Assembly (NCBI RefSeq): GCF_036321535.1
Contig: NC_087436.1
Location: 67,954,001 to 68,018,000 of the forward strand
DNA: 64,000 nucleotides
From: Camelus dromedarius
Lineage: Eukaryota
Direction of reading: 5' to 3'
Both the position numbers and the translations under genes were made by a program. Of this stretch, positions 25,625 through 39,494 are shown in pieces. How positions within the stretch are numbered: the stretch's first letter is position 1; every line of letters starts with the position of its first letter. The notes beneath the pieces are model-generated. The model saw nothing but the letters and a program-made list of their open reading frames with translations. It was not told where the DNA came from and did not search any database.

Positions 25625-26014
25625 CTGTTTAATAAAATTAGGATGTATACATAATGCCTCAACCACAGTAAGAGTTTATTACTTAACTAAGCAAAGCCTA
25701 AAACGTATCCTCCTGTTTGATGGGCAGCTGTCTTCAAAATGCTAATTATGGGACCTGGGTTCATTCCATATTATAAGTTCTTCTATGTTCAACATTTGGT
25801 TTGAGTGGTCACCATAATTTTTTTCATGAAGACAATGAAAGGGGAAGGAGCACGTGGAGATGGCATACAAACTTTTAAATCATTTCATCATTTTCCATTA
25901 GAGACAACCAGTCATGTGGTCCCACAAAGATGCAAAAAGTACTAGGAAATCCTTGTTATCTCTGATTGGACAGTGCCTTCTCAGCCACGCCTCTATATTA
26001 TCAAAGAGACCACA
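25625..26014 (-). mobile_element. Old MaLR solo LTR (MLT1K/L-like)
   Basis: GGGACCTGGGTTCATTCCAT and CCATTAGAGACAACCAGTCATGTGGTCCCAC resemble antisense old MLT1. Highly diverged. Confidence 0.55.
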
Positions 26015-26225
26015 ATGGCTCTTTAAAAAAAGCAATTGTCAAAAAGATTCCGTTCTCTTGCTAAAAACTGTTATGTTCAACACAGAGAAATAAAAGGCTG
26101 CTTTTTTTCCTTATTTCATCAGAAAAGTGTCTTGATATAACATTAGGTATAAAAGTATTCTGTAAAAGCTTGAACATATAAAAAGTATATCTGAAAATTT
26201 TCATGAATTATCTCCTTCAATTATT

Positions 26226-29200
26226 ATTTTTAATCTTTTCTATTGAAGTATAGTTGCTTTACAATATTATGTTAGTTTCAGGTATACTGCAAAGTGATTG
26301 TTTTATATATATATATATATAAATATATATATATATATTCTTTTTCAGATTATTTTCCATTATACGTTATTACAAGGTATTAAATACAGTTCCCTATGCT
26401 ACACAGTAGGTCCTTGTTGTTTATCTATTTTATATATAGTAGTGTGTATCTGTTAATCCCAAACTCCTAATTTATCCCTTCCCCACTTCCCCCTCCTTGG
26501 CAACCATACATTTGTTTTCTATGTCTATGAGTCTATTTCTGCTTTGCAAATAAGTTCATTTGTATATCTTTTTTTTATATTCCATGTATAGGTGATATCA
26601 TAGTGATATTTATATAAGGGATATTTGTCTTTTCTAACTTCCATATATAGTGATATTTGTCTTTCTCTGTCTGACTCACTTCACTTAGTATGATAATCTC
26701 TAGGTCCATCTATGTTGCTGCAAGTGTCATTACTGCATTCTTTTTATGGCCAAGTAGTATTCCATTGTATATGTATACCACATCTTCTTTATCCATTCAT
26801 TATTCAGTGGACATTTGAGTTGCTTCCATGGCTTGGCTACTGTAAAGAGTGCTGTTATGAACACTGGGGTACATGTGTCTTTTTGAATTAGAATTTTCAT
26901 CTTTTCCAGATATATGCCCAGGAGGGGTATTGCTGGATCATATGGTAACTCTATTTTTAGTTTTTCAAGGAACCTTCATACTGTTCTCCATAGTGGCTGC
27001 ACCAATTTACATTCCCACTAACAGTGTAGGAGGGTTCCTTTTTCTCCACAACCACTCCAGCATTTATTATTTGTAGACTTTTTGATAATGGCCATTCTGA
27101 CTGGGGTGAGGTGATACCTCACTGTAGTTTTAAGTTGCATTTTTCAAATAATTAATAATATTGAGTATATTTTCATGTGCCTGTTGGCCATCTGTATGTC
27201 TTTACTGGAGAAATGTCTGTTTAGGTCTTATACTCATTATTATTTGGGTTATTTTTTGTTGTTGTTTTTTATATTAAGCTGAATGAGCTGTTTGTTTATT
27301 TTGGAAATTAATCCCTTGTCAGTCTCATTGCTTGCAAATATTTCTCCCATTCTGTAGGTTGGCTTTTTGTTTTGTTTAGGTTTCCTGTGCTGTGCAAAAG
27401 CTTTTAAGTTTAATTAGGTTCCATTTGTTTATTTTTGTTTTTATTTCCATTACTCTAGGAAACAGATCTAAAAAAATATTGTTGCGATTTATGTCAGTGT
27501 TCTGCCTATGTTTTCCTCTAAGGGTTTTTCAGTATCCTGTCTTAAATTGGGTCTTTAATCCATTTTGAGTTTATTTCTATATGTGGCACTAGAGAATGTT
27601 CTAATTTAATTCTTTTACATGTAGCTACCCAGTTTTCCCAGCACCACTTATCGAAGAGACTTTTTTCTCCATTGTATATTCTTGCCTCCTTTGTCATAGA
27701 TTAATTGACTTTAAGTGCATGTGTTTATTTCTGGTCTTTTTTCCTGTTCCATTGATCTATATGTCTGTTTTATGGCAGTACCATATTGTTTTGATTACTG
27801 TAGCTTTGTAATACAGTCTGTAGTCAAGGAGAATGATTCCATCAGCTCCATTCTTCTTTCTTGATTGCTTTAGCTATTTGGAGTCTTGTGTTTTCATACA
27901 AATTTAAAATTTTTTGTTCTAGTTCTGTGAAAAATGCCATTGATAATTTGACAAAGATCACATTGAATCTGTAGACTGCCTTGGGTAGTATGGTAATTTA
28001 ACAATATTGATTCTTCCAATCCAAGAACACAGAGTATCTTTCCATCTGTTTGTATCACCTTCAATTTCTTTCATCAGGGTCTCATAGTTTTTGGAGAACA
28101 GGTCTTTTGCCTCCTTAGGTAGGTTTATTCTTAGGTATTCTTTTTGATGTGATGGTAAATGGGATTGATTCATTAATTTCTCATTCTTGTATTTCATAGT
28201 GTTTAGAAATTCAACAGATTTTTATGTATTAATTTTGTGACTTGCAATTTTACCAAACTCATCGATGAGCTCTAGTGGTTTTCCGGTAGCATCTTTAGGA
28301 TTTTCTATGTATAGTATCATGTCATCTGTAATCAATGACAATTACAATCAACAAGTTTTACTTCTCTTCTAAATGGGATTCCTTTCATTTCTTTTTCTTG
28401 TCTGATTGCTGTGATTAGGACTTCCAAAACTTTGTTGAATAAAAGTGGCTAAAGTGGGCATCCGTATCTTGTTCCTGAACTTAAGAGGGAATGCTTTCAG
28501 TTTTTCATCATTGAGTATGATGTCAGCTGTGGGTTTTTCATATATGGCTTTTATTATATTGAGGTATGCTCCCTCTATGCCCATTTTCCAAGAGTTTTTT
28601 CATAAATAGATGTTGAATTTTGTCAAAAGCTTTCTCTGCATCTATTGAGATGATATGGTTTTTAGTCTTCAGTTTGTTAATGTGGTGTATCACATGACTG
28701 ATCTGTGGACATTGAAAAACACTTGCATCCCTGGGATAAATCCCTTTTGATCATGGTGTGTGATACTTTATCCAGACTAATAAAGAAAAAAGGGAGATGA
28801 CTGAAATCAATAAAATCAGAAATGAAAAGTGAGAAATTATAACCAACACCACAGAAATACAAATGATCATAAGAGACTACCACAAGCAACTATATGCCAG
28901 TGAAATGGAAAACATAAAGGAAATGGACAAATACTTAGAAAAGTAAAAACTCCCAAGACTGGACCAGGAAGAAATAGAAAATATGAACAGACAAATTACC
29001 AGTACTGTAATTGAGTCAGTAATTTAAGTCCCAGCAAACAAAAGTTCCGGACCAGATGGTTTCACAGGTGAATTCTACTAAACATTAAGAGAAGAGTTAA
29101 TGTCTATCCTTCTGAAACTATTTCAAAAATTTGCAGAGGAAGAAACACTTCTGAACTCATTCCATGAGGCTACCATCACCCTGATACCGAAGCAAAAGAA

Positions 29201-29284
29201 AGATATCACAAAAAAGATAATCACAGGCCAATATCATTGATGAGCATAGGTGCAAAAATTCTCAACAAAATACTAGCAAACCAA
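26226..29284 (-). mobile_element. LINE-1 (ORF2 RT to 3'UTR) with 5' inversion
   Basis: Minus-strand ORF2 peptides ([60 protein letters not shown]) over 26226-28770, then a plus-strand ORF2 segment 28766-29284. TSD ATCTCCTTCAATTATT (26210-26225) / ATCTCCTTAGATTTTT (29285-29300). Confidence 0.95.
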
Positions 29285-29596
29285 ATCTCCTTAGATTTTT
29301 AAGTCATAAAACTCTTCCCTTTTTCACCATTACAGGGAATTTCTAAAATACAGAACAAGCATTCAGATATATGATTTATTTAATTATTAGAAACACACCA
29401 CACAGCACATAAAGCCAATATTAAAGATCAGACTTGTAAGATAAACTGAATTTTTGGACAAATTCACTCTGGAAAACCTATTTCTACAACTACTGATACA
29501 TAGTCCTTATCCCAGATGTCCATATGAGATTAGAAGAAATGGAGCTGATTTAGTGTTTGTTCCTTCAAACAACTTTACTCTTTGTGCTGAACATGG

Positions 29597-30072
29597 TGTA
29601 TTGATTGGATTGAATAGCTCCCCCCCAAATCTATGTCTACCTCAATCCTCAGAATGTGATCTTATTTGGAATTAGTCTTTGTAGATCTAATTAGTTAATT
29701 CAAGATGAGATCACAGTGAATCAGGGTGAACTGTAAATCCAACAACTGGTGTCCTTAGTAAGAAAAAAGGACAAACAGATATACAGAGAAGGTCATATGA
29801 AGACAAACAGAGGGAAGAAAGCCATGTGACAATGCAAGGAGAGATTGTAGTAATGCAGCCACAAGGCAAAAAATGCCAAGGACTTCCAGCAACCACCAGA
29901 AGCTTGGAGAGACATGGAACAGATTCTTCCTCAGAGCCTCCAGAAAGAACCAACTCTGCTGACACCTTGATTTCAGACTCTAGCCTCCAGAAATACAAGA
30001 GAATACATTTTTATTGGTGTAAGTCACCCAGTTTGTGGTAATTTGTTACAGCAGCAGTAGTAAACTAATACA
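29597..30072 (+). mobile_element. MaLR solo LTR, MLT1C-like
   Basis: CCTCAGAATGTGATCTTATTTGGAA, GGAACAGATTCTTCCTCAGAGCCTCCAGAAAGAACCAAC, and end AAACTAATACA. Confidence 0.9.
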
Positions 30073-32399
30073 GAGAATATCACAAAATTATATCCCAGAA
30101 AAACTTAGTTGAACCATCATTGGCCCTTTTCATGGGCACTGGATTCCCTTGCTATTTGTTGGCGTATAGAACTTTCACTTCTTACCTTCAGTAGGCCATA
30201 TGCTAGAAGTAGCTATTGTAGCACAAAAATCAAGAAAACTCTCCCCTTTGACACAAAAACATGGAAATAATTTATTTTACCAGCATTTATCATTTCACTC
30301 CTTAGCTTCTCTCTCTCACTTCATTTGATTTGGCAAAACAGTCACTTTCTCTCCCCACTGGGTAATATAAATGTCTTTTTTATTCCACTTAGTTGTTCAA
30401 ACCCTCTTGTTTTTATGTGACACTTTTGATGAGAAGTTCATTGTTGGGGAGTATGTCTTAGAATCCCCCAGCAGGATTTAATAACAACAGTAACAACAAT
30501 TCCTTCAATGTTTCTTACATTCTGGGCACTGTGTTACTTTTATAACAACTAATCAAAAATTTGATTTATATCAAACACCTGTTGTTCACTTATGGATCAG
30601 GCAACCTTTCAGGGAATACACTTCAACTTTCAGTTGTTCTTGATCTTGGTCAATAAACAAATCATTTTCTGATACACTGCAGTAGCTCTCGGGTAATATC
30701 TGGAATAGGTAGCTTGGATTTACTTAAAATTATAAAAGTTTTCCTCAGTTTTTAGCATTGCCTTTTCAAAACAATACCACAATAACAGCTTAGGACTCCA
30801 AGGTTAAAAGTCATCTTAGAAACAGAATGCATGTGAACCAAAGAATTTCAGAGGTAAATGGGACTTTATAGATTATTTTCACTTAATACCTCTTTCCACC
30901 ACTAATCTTTTGTTCCTCTCTTGATCAAATTAGTGAGACACTCAACGGTACTCCAAGTGTAAGATAGATACTGAAATTCTCTATTTTAATAGAGGATAGT
31001 TGTGACATAAGTCATAGCAACCTACCTTGCTTGTTTTCTGAAAATGTATTTGTGGTTCTACTTGAAGTTCCTTATTCCATACCTCCTTGGCCATAAATAA
31101 CTGATGGTAAATGAGTTATGAAAAATGTGCTGACCAATTAGGAAAACTTTATTACTACAAAGAACTCTGCCTACAGGTCTGATATTATCACTGCCACTAC
31201 CCTAAATCCCTGAAACTTTTAGAAAACACCACCTTAAGGAAAATGACCCTAAAAGAGCAAGAGTCACCATTTCACAGTGACTAATCCAGATATCTGTCTT
31301 TATCATTTCAATCTTTTAAAGTCTGCCACAACTACTATTTTGAAAAATCTTTAAATTCCCATTGTGAGCACTGCTTTCCTATGACTTGAGCTTTTTGGTG
31401 ATTGTATCTTTGCAATAATGCATTGAGGAATTTCTTCCCTGTAAAATACTTTTTATTTCTCACCAACTACAGAAGACAAAAGCTTTATTATATAATCACA
31501 TGAGCTTGGTTCTTTGAAGTGGCATTTCACATACACACAGTACACTATAAAAAAAACTTATTCAGACTTGAAATATCAGTATTTAATACTACATACTACT
31601 AGAGAGATAATAACTTACAGGGAAATCTAGATTTTATACCTACAATTAACTTAATCATAATTAATTTTTCAATAACTTAAAAAGAACAGAATTGTTCAAA
31701 TATACTCTCAGAAGTTAACTGCACTTCAGAATATTAGAAGAGAGTGGTTTATCTCTTGCTCATAATAGAGAAAAAAGGGGTAAAGGTCATTAAAAATACT
31801 TTTTTTTTACTTAGAAAAAGATAACTTTGGTTATAAATTTTGTGTATTTCTGTGAACTAAATGACTGTCTAAACTCTAAAAGTCATATTTAGGTAATTTA
31901 TGAAGATATTTCATAAAGAATATAGTCATGACATTTTGAAATAAATAATGAAACTCCATAATAAAAACCTAACAGAGGGTTGAGGAATATTAGTTGCCAT
32001 TGAAAAAACACTATATTCTAATTCTTCATTCTGTTTTATTCTTTCTTACTATTTCCTACTGGATATGATTTATATCATAGTCAAGCAATACAAGGAGAAA
32101 TAGATGGCTTTATGGGTTAAAACCAAGTGAGAATCTTTGAAATGATCAATAGATACTTTGCAGATCAAATAAAAACTACACTGCCACATATTACTTCTAA
32201 ACTGGATTAAACAGTAAATTACTACATTGTTTTAAATAATAAAACCACATTTAATGAATTCCCATGATTTTATTTATCATAATTTAATCAATACTTTGAG
32301 AAGTGTCATTACTTCAAGAAAATCCATATGACTCCATGCATGAAAACTCCTTAAGTGTCATGTTTTTCTAAGACATTTTTGTGGAATTCTGTTAGATTT

Positions 32400-32590
32400 T
32401 GTCTTTTCCCAGTTTTGTATTCTTAAGCAAATCATTTAATTTTCTTATTCTTGGGTTTCCTGTTTATAAAATGAAGTTAGTAATAATATCTATTGCAAAG
32501 GAATGGAGGTCAAATGAGATGAATTAAATAAAAAACTCTTTAATATGATGCAACTGCTAGATCTTATGTAATGCTTACTTCACAGGAGTT
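32400..32590 (+). mobile_element. MIR SINE remnant
   Basis: GCAAATCATTTAA...GTTTCCTGTTTATAAAATGAAGTTAGTAATAATATCTA core. Confidence 0.55.
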
Positions 32591-32607
32591 ATTCAACATA
32601 TTTATTA

Positions 32608-32690
32608 AAAGAAGGAAGAAGGAAGAAAGAAAGGAAGGAAGGAAGTGGGGGACAGAGGGTGGAAAGGAAGAAAGGGGAAAGGGAGAAAAG
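32608..32690. repeat. GA-rich low-complexity tract
   Basis: Directly visible (GGAA-like units). Confidence 0.85.
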
Positions 32691-35600
32691 GTAATCAGAG
32701 AAAGTAAGGTTTCTTAATTATAAGCAACTAGAGAAAAGATGAACGCTATGTAAAACATAGCAAATTACATTCAAAATAAAGGGATGGAAGAAATCAGAGG
32801 AGTTTGTATATATGAGCAGAGACAGAGCCGGTTTTAAAAAGGGAGCTTTAGAGAAAAATAAATTGAGGGCAATGAGTGTATAGAAAGATAGAATATACTG
32901 AATTTTTTAATTTTTGATCCTAGCTTCTTTATCAATTAACTGAGCATTGATGTAATAATGTTTATTATCAAATGATGTAGGTAATAATCTAATAAATATA
33001 ATAATAACTACATGATGAAATGGAAAGGTCTGACAATAGATGCACAGTGAGAAATAACAGGAAAAGAGAAGTAGAAATAAGTTGCCAGGCCAAATGGACC
33101 ACACTTTCTCTGGATTATTCCTGGCTATATCCCCAGCATAATGCCGTAGGTATAGCAAATGTTCAATAAGTATCTGATGGATGCAAAATTAGATGAATAA
33201 TATAATGAAATCATTGATTCTATGTCTTCGACTGAGAATAATCTGTTACTGAATTCTAAATGGTTTCCTGAACATGCTCAGGGCCCACCAATGTAAGTAA
33301 AAAAAAGGAGATAATACTTCTGAACAACTAGTTGTACATTTTATTTGGAATATATGTATCTTTAAATAATCCTCCAACTGCTGGTATACTTTTCATCAGA
33401 GATGTATCATAGTGATAAAAACTTGCCAACAGGAAACTGTTCTATTTCAGGCCAGGTGAAATAATACTTGAAACAAACATTACAGGAGAATTTTAAGATG
33501 TTAAAAGTAACCACACAAATAGACTATTTAAAAAGGGAATAATCCTACAGCTCTATGTGATAAATAAAGGAAACTGTTACAGCCCTTTAAAAATTGCCCC
33601 TTAATACTGAACCTGAATTTATTCAAGGCTATAGAGAACATAATCAGTGCAAAGGTATTGGTAACGTAGGGTCAGACTAGCAAAAAGATTTGTGAACTGA
33701 GAACCATTTGAATTCATGTAAGAGGCTCCTATTCACAATAGGAACAACCAAACTAAAATCAGCAGAAAATAAAAATAATATTTTTGCTGTAGGGTGTGCC
33801 AAAATGAATTCTACAGTATGACAAATTTGGTGCCAGGATAAGGAAGAATTTTAAATTAAGACACTGGCTTTATGTAATCCAGTAACATAAAAATACATGA
33901 TACAGGAATCCTGTAATCATTCTGAAGTTCCTTCTACATTTCTCATGGTGTTCATAGCCCACATGTTTTATTAACATCAATTAGTGTTTATTGAACAGCC
34001 ACAGGTCACATGACTCTAAACAAGGTGTACTGAGCACAGAAACTTCACAGTGGTGATCTTACCTACGTGATGTTTTACTTGGGAATAGAGAGTAGAAAAG
34101 CAAGCATTTGAAGTTGGTCTTTGCCTCTGGTCCCAGGGTGAATTACATAATATCAGCTGACATCTTCCCGCTCCAAGGATTATCCCTGAAATGCTGTGCT
34201 TCTGAGCAACACATCTGAGAAAAAAAAAATCTTTCAGAAGGCTTTGATCCATGTGGCCAGGAGGCACTCATGCAAAAGTTTAGATTTCTTTGCTCTTTCT
34301 GTGAAATAGGGCAGTTTTTTAAGAAAAAACTATTTAGGAGTCATTACCACTACCTAATAATATATTCTCAATGTGTTACAGAATTGCAGAGTGAAAGAAT
34401 AGGAAGATTGGTAATCATCTCAGAAATAGCAGAAAATAATACTCACTAAGATATCACAAAGGGTCATGTACACTTCTGTTACAAAATTAATCTCATGAGT
34501 TATCATCTAGAAATATACATCTCTTACTTTCTATTGAAATATCTTTAAGACATTCTTTGTACAACTCTCTACTACATGATAAGAAACAAAGCAAACAGAA
34601 AAATAACAGAATTAGAAAATAGTTTATAACTGTAAAATTTGTAGCTTTCTAATTTTGTTTTTAAAATGTAGTATGACTTTTGGCAATTTGTGTAACTTGA
34701 CAGATAAAAGTTAGCCATAATACTGGAGTTAATTGATTTATGATATTTTTTAGTGACTTTGGTACAGACTAGTATGCCTTGTGGTAGTGTTCAATCAACT
34801 GCAGAGAAACTCGAGTGAAATATAAAGGCCCAACCCAGATCACTATTACGTTTTAGCTGAATATCATTTATTAACTCTGACCTCTTGAAAACAAAATATT
34901 TCCAAGTCCATTTAATAACTGCCATAATTCAACCTGTGGACAATTTAAGGTCACAAGTTAGCAACTTTCAATATTAATATCTGATCACCGATTAAAATAT
35001 ACTTATTATCATTATACTTATTTTCTTCTCTGAAATACTCTGGTGTTGTAGTTCACTTTAGAATCATCTATTTCTTTTAAAGAAGTTTGTCTTCAATGTT
35101 GCAACAGAAATTTGTTTAAATGGAAGACTTATGAGAACCTTCTTTTAATCAGCAATTTTACTATTTGATACAGATAAACATTGTTAGAAAAAGTTAAATT
35201 TAGAGATCAAATTTAAATAAATCTTCTACTCAGAATCTGCCTTATTGCTGACCTTCTTTTATCTGCATTTCTGTAAGCAGAGTAATTGTGAGAGATATTA
35301 CAAAAGCCCTAGTTGGACAGACATGGATTCAATTCCTGGCTCTACTACATCTTTGCTAGGTACGCATGGAAAAGTTACTAAAAATCTTAGTGTCCATTTC
35401 TGCACCTTAACCCTGTTTTCAATGAAGAAGGATTTTCTCTAAGGAAACCTTTGCTCTCTCTCCACACTGTCCTTCTCTCTGGATAACTTGCACCCTCATC
35501 TCAGCTTTCCCCTGCTTTCTCTTGAGATCAAAGAGCCTGCAAGGGGCACAACTGGTGCTTCTTCTCCTTACTAGGCATGTGAAGTTTCCCTGGACTGCTC

Positions 35601-35929
35601 TGTGACTAGGTGATTAATTCTCCATAATTCTAGGGTTCAGTACTAGCAAACCCATTGTCTAATAGACCTAAAGCCACATACTCCAACCTGAACTCCATTA
35701 ATTTAAAAAAAGTCATATATTGGCCTCCATCTTTATTTTTTGTTTTATTTCTCCACTCAGGAACACATGCATAAAAGAGGACTGCTATTAGCTGGAGGTC
35801 CTCTTGAATATCCACTCTTTCCCATTTTTGCTTGTTTACTGATCACCTACTACTCATCAGTCATTGTCATGGATACATTCCAGAGACTCATTTTATTCTC
35901 CCATCTACCCTAGCAGGCAAATGTAATTA

Positions 35930-36055
35930 AAAACGTAGAAAGGAGACTTATAAAGTTAACTAACTTGCCCAAGATATTAAAGTTAATCATTTGGAGAAAT
36001 GGATTGAATCTGGGTTTGTTTAACCACAAACCCCACTCTGTCCCTGCTATACTAC
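35930..36055 (-). mobile_element. MIR SINE remnant
   Basis: AAGTTAACTAACTTGCCCAAGAT...GGATTGAATCTGGGTTTGT. Confidence 0.6.
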
Positions 36056-36127
36056 ATTTCATAATAATATAAGAATGGCCCTGTGCAATGTTTGGTATTA
36101 AGGGGTAGTCAACAAACTTTAGGGCTC

Positions 36128-36740
36128 TGTATTAATTTGCTGTGTAACAAACTACCACAAAATTCGTAACTTAAAATAACATGCATTTATTAGCTCAGAA
36201 GTCTGCATAGGCTCAGCCAAGTTCTATGCTCAAAATACCATCACAAGGTGTGAGCTGGGATGAGCTCTTATCTAGAGGCTTTGGGGAAGAATCTGCTTTC
36301 AAGTTCACAAAGTTGTGCCAGAATTCAGTTCCCTGAAACTCAAGGACTTAAGTCACCAGTTCTTTGCTGGCTGTCAGCTGGGCCACCCTCAGATTCTAGA
36401 GACCACTCACATTTCTTCTCACATGGCCCACTCTATTTTCAAACCAACAGGGAGTCGAGTTCTTCTCATGTGTGCAATTTCTCTTCTACCACTGAACAAA
36501 AAAAGCTCTCTGCTTTTAAAGACCTAGAATGATTAGATTAGGCTCACCCAGATAATCCAGGATAATCTTCCTGTCTTTTAAGGTCAACTGATTAGTAAAC
36601 TCAATCACCTCTTCAGAGTCCTCTATGTTATGTCCCTTATCATATTCAAGGGCATGATAATTAATCATATTTAGAGCCCCAAGGATTAGGGAAGAAAATC
36701 CTTTAGTGGAGGAGGTCATTCTCGAATTTTTCCTACCACA
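36128..36740 (-). mobile_element. MaLR solo LTR, MLT1E-like
   Basis: TGTATTAATTTGCTGTGTAACAAACTACCACAAA start, GGCTCACCCAGATAATCCAGGATAATCT, TTAAGGTCAACTGATTAGTAA, end CCTACCACA. Confidence 0.85.
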
Positions 36741-36762
36741 AGTTCTCCATTAAGAAAAATGA

Positions 36763-37240
36763 CATATTATTTTCTATCACTGTCATACAAATTGCTACAA
36801 ATGTAAGTATCTTAAAACAGTACAAATGTATTATCTTGCAATTCTGTGATCAGAAGTCTGACATGGGTCTCACTGAGCTGACACCAAGGTGAGATAATTC
36901 ATTTCCTTGCCTTTTCCAGATTCTAAAGACTATCTATTTCTTGGCTCTGTCCTTCTTTCCCCATCTTCAAAGCCAGAAATTATATTTCTCTCAGTCTCCT
37001 TTAGTCACATCTCCTTCTCTTTCTGACCACAACTGGGAAGGGTTCTCTATTTTCAAGGATCCATGGGATTATACTGGACCCAACCTGTTAATCCAGGATG
37101 CTCTCTTCATTTCAAGGTCTTCAATTTAATCACATTGCAAATTCCACTATGTAATATACATTAACATATTCTCAGATTCTGTGGACTAGTATGTAGATAT
37201 TGGGGGATGGGGCAAGGTGGGCATTATTCACTTGCTAAAA
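36763..37240 (-). mobile_element. MaLR solo LTR, MLT1D-like
   Basis: CAGAAGTCTGACATGGGTCTCACTG, TTTCCTTGCCTTTTCCAG, TAATCCAGGATGCTCT and GGGCATTATTC. Confidence 0.8.
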
Positions 37241-38789
37241 AATGATGTTGGTACAGATAAATTGCAATTCAAGTCATAAATGAGACTGAATAATGTTTAT
37301 TAACAAATCATTCAATTTGCTATTACCAACACAAAAATGTCCATATTTAGGAAGATCTTAAACCCTTTGTAAGCGTTAATCACTTTCTGAGTTAATAAGA
37401 ATAATAAATTAGTTACAACACTCATTCTTCAAGTAGCACTCTTAATTGCCCCACCAAAGATTAATCTTAGAATCTGATAGATAGACTTCCTCCCAAAATT
37501 TTACACCAAACTCTTATCCAGTTTAAAAAAAAAAAAAAAAAAGGCTCACAACCAGTGAAAAATGAAATAAAGCACTGCACTTGTCATGATTTCCTTCCTT
37601 GTCATGATTTCAAGCATGGTTGAAAGTTAAAGTTCAGCTGGTCGTTATCATCCTTCAACTCAAACTTCCTCTAAATTCACTGAGAACACTCTCTCCCCTG
37701 AATTCCTCCAAATGCCCTGCCATTTTCATTCATTCGTTCTTTGCTGCCTCACTTTTTGCTACCCTTTACACTGATACGTTCTCTTTTCGATTTCACTGTA
37801 CACTTCTCTGCCCCATTGTGGTGTCCCAGCCAGTAATCTACACACTGTTCATTCCTGCATGAGTGTTCAATGGTTTTTTGACTAATTAATGGAAAGCCCA
37901 TGCATAAAAAAGCATGTACTTACACTGATCATATCATATGATAAATTATATGATTTAAACCATTGAAATTGCTAAATTATAACGATGGCAGTAAGGATTT
38001 AATAGACATCATTGAGGAATTCTGAATCAGTTCTTTCCAAGTTTGAGTATACTAGGCATCTTTAGCATATAGATGTTGTTAGTCTTAGCAGAGAGTTATT
38101 CAGAGGAAAGCATTTTAACAGCATTTGTAAGTGGTTCTTGTATTAAATAAGGGAGTGATAATCAGGATTAAGAAATAATGACTTGTTTTGCTCATTAGCT
38201 GAATGAATGTGGAAAATGACTCATCAGTTCATAAATCTGTCATAATGCTGTCTTTAGTGTCAGCCAGCAGTAAGGCCCGGATTAGCAGAGTCCTAGCAGG
38301 AGGCCCAAAAGATTACAGAAAATTGCTGTTAAAAAATGACTTGACAACATTTTAAGTTTGTTATTCTTTGCCAAAACAATGTAGTCAGCCAATTGCTGAA
38401 TTCTCTGCATGCTATTAGCCTCTCCTTGAATTATATTCAGTTTGTAGAAACATGATGCATTTTGTTCTACATGGACAAGACAGAAGGTTTACCAGCTTGA
38501 ACTGGTTTTTCTGTGAAAAACTGTCAGGCACCCCACTGATGCTAAACGTGTCATTAACCTTCTACCTGGAGTGTTTATTACCTTAACTTAGACAATATTC
38601 ACAAATGCCCTTATCAACATAATGAGGTCAAGGCAGCAATCAATGTCTGCTGTGCTATCTCTTGTTTCCTGAAATACAACTGCTTTTTAAATCAAAATCT
38701 ATCAGCTAGGCTAAAAAGAGACAAAGAGCCAGAGCTTCATTGTACCAAAAGACCAGTACTCATCTCTCTCAAAAAAGGGATACAAAAGT

Positions 38790-38898
38790 TGGATGACCAT
38801 ATAATTTATCCTCCAAGGACACTTTTCAGAATAAAAGGGAGTCCCGCCAGCAGTTACACTGGAACACCCGTGTGCACACCAGGATATATGGTTACCCT
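38790..38898 (+). mobile_element. MER94-like hAT-Blackjack element
   Basis: TIRs GGATGACCATATA...TATATGGTTACCC. Internal ATAATTTATC...GGACACTTTT. Confidence 0.8.
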
Positions 38899-39494
38899 CT
38901 GCTAAAGAACATGAAAGACTGTATTCTTTTCTTTACAGTTTGAAAATCATTAGAAGTTTCAGTTAAAACTTTGAGCCTAATGAGCTTCCTGAAACTTATC
39001 CCAACAACCTACATTGATACATACTGCTTTCAACAAGTTCAAAGTTTCAATCCAACCACACCCCAAAACAAAGTAAATAACCTGAAAGGATGAACTTAAT
39101 CTTATGGGGGTTTCCTCTTTCTTTTTCTTCTTTTTTAACTTACCATCAATTTTTATTCTAAGTTTCTTTGGATTTGCAAAAGGGTATCACAAAGACTAGG
39201 AATATTTCCACGCCATATCCTCATGGCAACCAACTGGATGAGATCACATCTTTTACCACTTAGAACGCTCAAGGAGTTTATTTTGGAAGCAAACCAAACT
39301 TTAAAAAAATCAAGTTGAAAAGTCATTTTTATTGTTCTATACCTTGATTTGGGCACTGGATGCATGGCAATGATATATTTATAATTTGTCAAACTTTCAA
39401 ACCCTACAATTAAGATTTGTGCCCTGACCATGTATAATTATGATTATGCCTCATTTTAAAAACTTCTGTTATCCTGTAAACACTTTTACCAGTT

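Noticed and set aside
26873..28889. ORFs with reverse-transcriptase similarity as an active element or novel RT system
   Set aside because: They are short, frameshifted, stop-ridden pieces of ordinary L1 ORF2. The same holds at 4.9-5.5, 19.3-19.8, 50.3-51.5 and 53.7-56.0 kb.
38210..38223. NFAT:AP-1 composite site TGGAAAATGACTCA
   Set aside because: The spacing between GGAAA and TGACTCA is shorter than in the canonical composite element.
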